NCBI GenBank assembly: GCA_024743055.1 | Contig: JANSXH010000004.1 | Coordinates: 37,729-101,728 of the forward strand | Length of the DNA stretch: 64,000 bases | Origin: Pseudomonadota bacterium | GTDB lineage: Bacteria; Pseudomonadota; Alphaproteobacteria; Sneathiellales; Sneathiellaceae | Reading direction: 5' to 3' | In this document: positions 60,518-64,000 of the stretch, in pieces | Layout of the letters: each line of letters begins with the position of its first letter | Numbering within the stretch: position 1 is the first letter of the stretch | The notes under the pieces: generated by a model | Told to the model about the DNA's origin: nothing | Seen by the model: only the letters and a program-made list of their open reading frames with translations | The model's database searches: none | Program-made: the position numbers and the translations under genes

Positions 60518-63267
60518 GTGAGACGATTAGCTTTGAACTCGACGGCAAAACAGTTACCGCTAAAGACGGCGAGTCCATCTGGGAGGTGGCCAAGCGAGAG
60601 GGGACAAAGATCCCTCATCTCTGTCATACCGATCGAGTAGGTTTTGCTGCCGATGGCAATTGCCGCGCCTGTATGGTGGAAATTGAAGGCGAACGGGTCC
60701 TCGCCGCCAGCTGTATTCGCAAGCCGACGGACGGCATGGTTGTCAATACGGCAGGTGAACGACCAGCCAAAGCCCGCAAGATGGTTATGGAGCTGCTGAT
60801 TGCTGATCAGCCGGAGCGGGAAACAACCTACGCAAAGGATAGTCATTTCTGGCAGATGGCGGATCAGCAGGATATTGCCGATAGCCGCTTTGAGAGCCGG
60901 AAGATGCCAACAGATGATCTCTCCCATCCGGCTATGGCCGTCAACCTCGACGCCTGTATCAACTGCAACCTCTGTGTCCGCGCCTGTCGGGATGTTCAGG
61001 TTAATGATGTGATCGGTATGGCCGGTCGGGGCGTTGATTCGAAGATCGTCTTTGATTTCGATGACCCTATGGGTGAAAGCTCCTGCGTCGGCTGCGGGGA
61101 GTGCGTTCAGGCCTGCCCGACGGGCGCGTTGCTTGAAAAAACAGTTGTGGGCAACTCGAAGGTAGACCGCGAAGTAAACAGTGTGTGCCCGTTCTGCGGT
61201 GTGGGCTGTCAGTTAACGTTCAAGATCCGCGATGACAAGATCCTCTACGCAGAGGGACGCGATGGCCCGGCCAATGAGGAACGACTCTGCATCAAAGGGC
61301 GCTTCGGTTTTGACTATATCCATAACCCGGAACGCCTGACGGTGCCGCTGATCCGAAAGGAAGGCGTCTCTAAATCCGATGTCGCCACCCTCGATCCAGC
61401 CAACCCGCTCACCCATTTCCGGGAAGCGAGCTGGGAAGAAGCCCTTGAGGTTGCGGCCTCAGGTCTTAAAAACGTTCGTGATGGAAAAGGCGGCGGCGCT
61501 CTTGCCGGATTTGGCTCCGCGAAAGGTTCCAACGAGGAAGCCTATTTGTTTCAAAAGTTGGTACGTACCGGCTTTGGCACCAACAATGTCGATCATTGCA
61601 CGCGGCTCTGTCATGCCTCGTCCGTGGCGGCCTTGTTGGAAACCGTTGGTTCTGGTGCAGTGTCTGCGCCGTTCAACGAAGCCAAGAACGCCGAGGTGAT
61701 CATGGTCATCGGATCCAATCCGACCATCAACCACCCGGTCGCTGCCACCTTCTTCAAGAATGCGGTGAAGGAGGGAGCGAAGCTGATCATCATCGACCCG
61801 CGGGGTCAGTCCCTATCACGCCATGCTACCTATATGCTGCAGGAAAAGCCGGGCACCGATGTGGCGCTGCTCAATTCCATGATGCATGTCATTGTCAAAG
61901 ACGGGCTGACAGATAAGGATTACATCAAAAACCATACGGAGAATTTTGAAGAGCTGAAGGTCCATCTGGACGCGTTCAGCCCGGAAGCCATGGAAAAGGT
62001 TACCGGGATCGATCCAAATGTCATTCGGGAAGTCGCCCATGCCTTCGCCAAATCGAAGGCTTCGATTATCTTCTGGGGAATGGGCATCAGTCAACATGTT
62101 CATGGTACGGATAATTCCCGCTGCCTGATCAGCCTGTCCCTGATGACCGGACAGGTGGGCCGGCCTGGCACCGGTCTGCATCCCCTGCGCGGTCAGAATA
62201 ATGTCCAAGGCGCCTCCGATGTGGCGCTGATCCCGATGTTCCTGCCCGACTATCAGTCAGTGGAGGATCCTGTAATCAGGGGCCGCTTCGAAAAATTCTG
62301 GGGTGCAGAATTAGACCCTAAAAAGGGCCTGACAGTGGTCGAGATTACTGAAGCGGTGCATAAGGGCGAGATCAATGGCATGTATATCATGGGCGAAAAC
62401 CCCGCCATGTCGGACCCCAATGTCAACCATGCCCGCGAAGCGCTCTCCATGTTGGATCATCTGGTCGTCCAGGACCTGTTCCTGACGGAGACTGCCGCCT
62501 ATGCAGATGTTGTCCTCCCGGCCTCCGCTTGGCCGGAAAAAGATGGCACTGTCACCAATACCAACCGTCAGGTTCAGATGGGCCGCGCTGCCGTGCCCAT
62601 GCCCGGTGATGCCCGTCAGGATCTCTGGATCATCCAGGAGATGGCAAGGCGGCTGGGTCTCGATTGGCACTATGAGCATCCGAAACAGGTATTTGCTGAA
62701 ATGACCCAGGTGATGGACAGTATCCGGGGCATCAGCTGGGACCGGCTGGAGGCAAACGATGCGGTTATCTACCCTTGCGAAACACCGGATGATCCGGGTC
62801 AGCCCCTGATCTTCACCGGGGACTTTCCAACGCCAAACGGGCTTGGCAAATTTGTCCCCGCCAGCCTCGTTTCACCGGATGAAATTCCAGACAACGAGTT
62901 CCCCTTCGTGCTGACAACCGGTCGTCTGCTGGAGCATTGGCATACCGGATCCATGACCCGTCGATCAGAAGTGCTGGACGCAGTGGAACCTGAACCAATT
63001 GTTCATATGCCGCCTGGCATGATGGAGCGGATGGATGTCGAGCCTGGAGACCTGGTAACAGTTCAGTCGCGTCGCGGCAAGATCGATATCAAGGTTCGGG
63101 CGGACGGTGCCGTGCAGAATGGCATGATCTTCATTCCCTTCTGCTACGCAGAATCCGCTGCCAATCTTCTGACCAATGATGCCCTCGATCCGTTCGGAAA
63201 AATCGCTGAGGTTAAGTTCTGTGCTGTTCAGGTTGAAAAGAAACTGGTAAGTGAGGGAGCTACCTAG
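60514..63267 (+). CDS. fdhF: formate dehydrogenase alpha subunit (Mo/W-bis-PGD)
   Basis: N-terminal Fe-S motifs, CPFCGVGC, CTRLCHASS (Cys ligand), LRGQNNVQG. Confidence 0.92.
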   Translation: MSETISFELDGKTVTAKDGESIWEVAKREGTKIPHLCHTDRVGFAADGNCRACMVEIEGERVLAASCIRKPTDGMVVNTAGERPAKARKMVMELLIADQPERETTYAKDSHFWQMADQQDIADSRFESRKMPTDDLSHPAMAVNLDACINCNLCVRACRDVQVNDVIGMAGRGVDSKIVFDFDDPMGESSCVGCGECVQACPTGALLEKTVVGNSKVDREVNSVCPFCGVGCQLTFKIRDDKILYAEGRDGPANEERLCIKGRFGFDYIHNPERLTVPLIRKEGVSKSDVATLDPANPLTHFREASWEEALEVAASGLKNVRDGKGGGALAGFGSAKGSNEEAYLFQKLVRTGFGTNNVDHCTRLCHASSVAALLETVGSGAVSAPFNEAKNAEVIMVIGSNPTINHPVAATFFKNAVKEGAKLIIIDPRGQSLSRHATYMLQEKPGTDVALLNSMMHVIVKDGLTDKDYIKNHTENFEELKVHLDAFSPEAMEKVTGIDPNVIREVAHAFAKSKASIIFWGMGISQHVHGTDNSRCLISLSLMTGQVGRPGTGLHPLRGQNNVQGASDVALIPMFLPDYQSVEDPVIRGRFEKFWGAELDPKKGLTVVEITEAVHKGEINGMYIMGENPAMSDPNVNHAREALSMLDHLVVQDLFLTETAAYADVVLPASAWPEKDGTVTNTNRQVQMGRAAVPMPGDARQDLWIIQEMARRLGLDWHYEHPKQVFAEMTQVMDSIRGISWDRLEANDAVIYPCETPDDPGQPLIFTGDFPTPNGLGKFVPASLVSPDEIPDNEFPFVLTTGRLLEHWHTGSMTRRSEVLDAVEPEPIVHMPPGMMERMDVEPGDLVTVQSRRGKIDIKVRADGAVQNGMIFIPFCYAESAANLLTNDALDPFGKIAEVKFCAVQVEKKLVSEGAT

Positions 63268-63294
63268 CCTCACCTACCAGTTCAGACATTTATC

Positions 63295-63996
63295 ATGACC
63301 AATTCACAACATATAGGCATATTGCAAACAGGCCATATCGGCGGTTATCTAGGCGAAACTTACGGCGAGTATCCGAAGATGTTCATGAACTTGTTGGAGC
63401 CAGGCCAGTTTGAATACACGACTTACGATGTCGTTAATGGAGTATTCCCAGAAAGTCCAAACGATTGTGACGGTTGGGTCATTACCGGATCAAAACACGG
63501 CGTCTATGAAGACCATCCCTGGATCAAACCATTAGAGGAGTTCTGCCGCCAGTTAGTCGCGAGCGGTCGGCCGACGATCGGCATTTGTTTCGGTCATCAG
63601 ATCATGGCCCAGGCCCTTGGTGGCCGAGCCGGGAAATATGCCGGTGGATGGGGCATTGGGGTCCGGGAATATGTGATGACGAAAAGCCAGGAGACAGTGC
63701 ATCTTCTCTCCTTTCATCAAGACCAAGTGCTGGAAGCGCCGAAAGATACTGAGATCATCATGTCATCGGATTTTTGCAAGATTGGTGGCCTGAAATATTC
63801 TCCCACCTGCTTTTCCCTACAGCCTCATCCAGAGCACACACTGGCTTTCATGGCCGACCTGATCAAAGATCGTCGGGGTAGTAAAGTTCCTGAATCTGTA
63901 GCGGATGAAGCTCTCGCAAAACTTCAGCAACCTAATGATCAGGAGCGTTTTGGCAATCTGATGGTCGATGTTCTGTCGGGTGACAAGACGCTATAA
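63295..63996 (+). CDS. class I glutamine amidotransferase-like protein
   Basis: ITGS, GICFGHQ, HQD, QPHPE. Confidence 0.85.
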   Translation: MTNSQHIGILQTGHIGGYLGETYGEYPKMFMNLLEPGQFEYTTYDVVNGVFPESPNDCDGWVITGSKHGVYEDHPWIKPLEEFCRQLVASGRPTIGICFGHQIMAQALGGRAGKYAGGWGIGVREYVMTKSQETVHLLSFHQDQVLEAPKDTEIIMSSDFCKIGGLKYSPTCFSLQPHPEHTLAFMADLIKDRRGSKVPESVADEALAKLQQPNDQERFGNLMVDVLSGDKTL

Positions 63997-64000
63997 AATA

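Noticed and set aside
61590-61625. Possible selenocysteine in FDH alpha
   Set aside because: The ligand codon is TGT (Cys) and the frame is uninterrupted

Overview
64 kb of an alphaproteobacterial chromosome. Gene content (CtrA, ChpT, SciP, FlbD, FlhF/FlhG) suggests a Rhodospirillales/Sneathiellales-like lineage; that placement is inference. From left to right: (1) a partial nuclease-like gene and an assimilatory sulfur module (cysH, DUF2849, cysI, DUF934); (2) a YHS protein and a rhomboid protease; (3) a ~20 kb acyl-CoA catabolic cluster (5.3-25.3 kb) holding an Atu-like block with TetR, four acyl-CoA dehydrogenase genes, FadH, a pseudo-HMG-CoA-synthase/DUF35 fusion with an SCP2-type thiolase, crotonases and an AMP-forming ligase; (4) a small Zn-ribbon ORF, tRNA-Met and mnmA; (5) a ~31 kb flagellum/cell-cycle/chemotaxis supercluster with readable sigma54, ftr, IHF and CtrA sites, interrupted by MmcQ, TrhO and an ICL/PEP-mutase gene carrying an SOS box; (6) a two-subunit NAD-linked formate dehydrogenase and a class I glutamine amidotransferase. 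No CRISPR array, rRNA, transposase or integrase was seen. The best leads are the PhlABC-like pseudo-HMGS-DUF35/thiolase pair, the Atu-like operon with no carboxylase nearby, the LexA-boxed ICL-family gene and a duplicated putative CheY-binding peptide in CheA. All family calls come from motif recognition by eye, not database searches.
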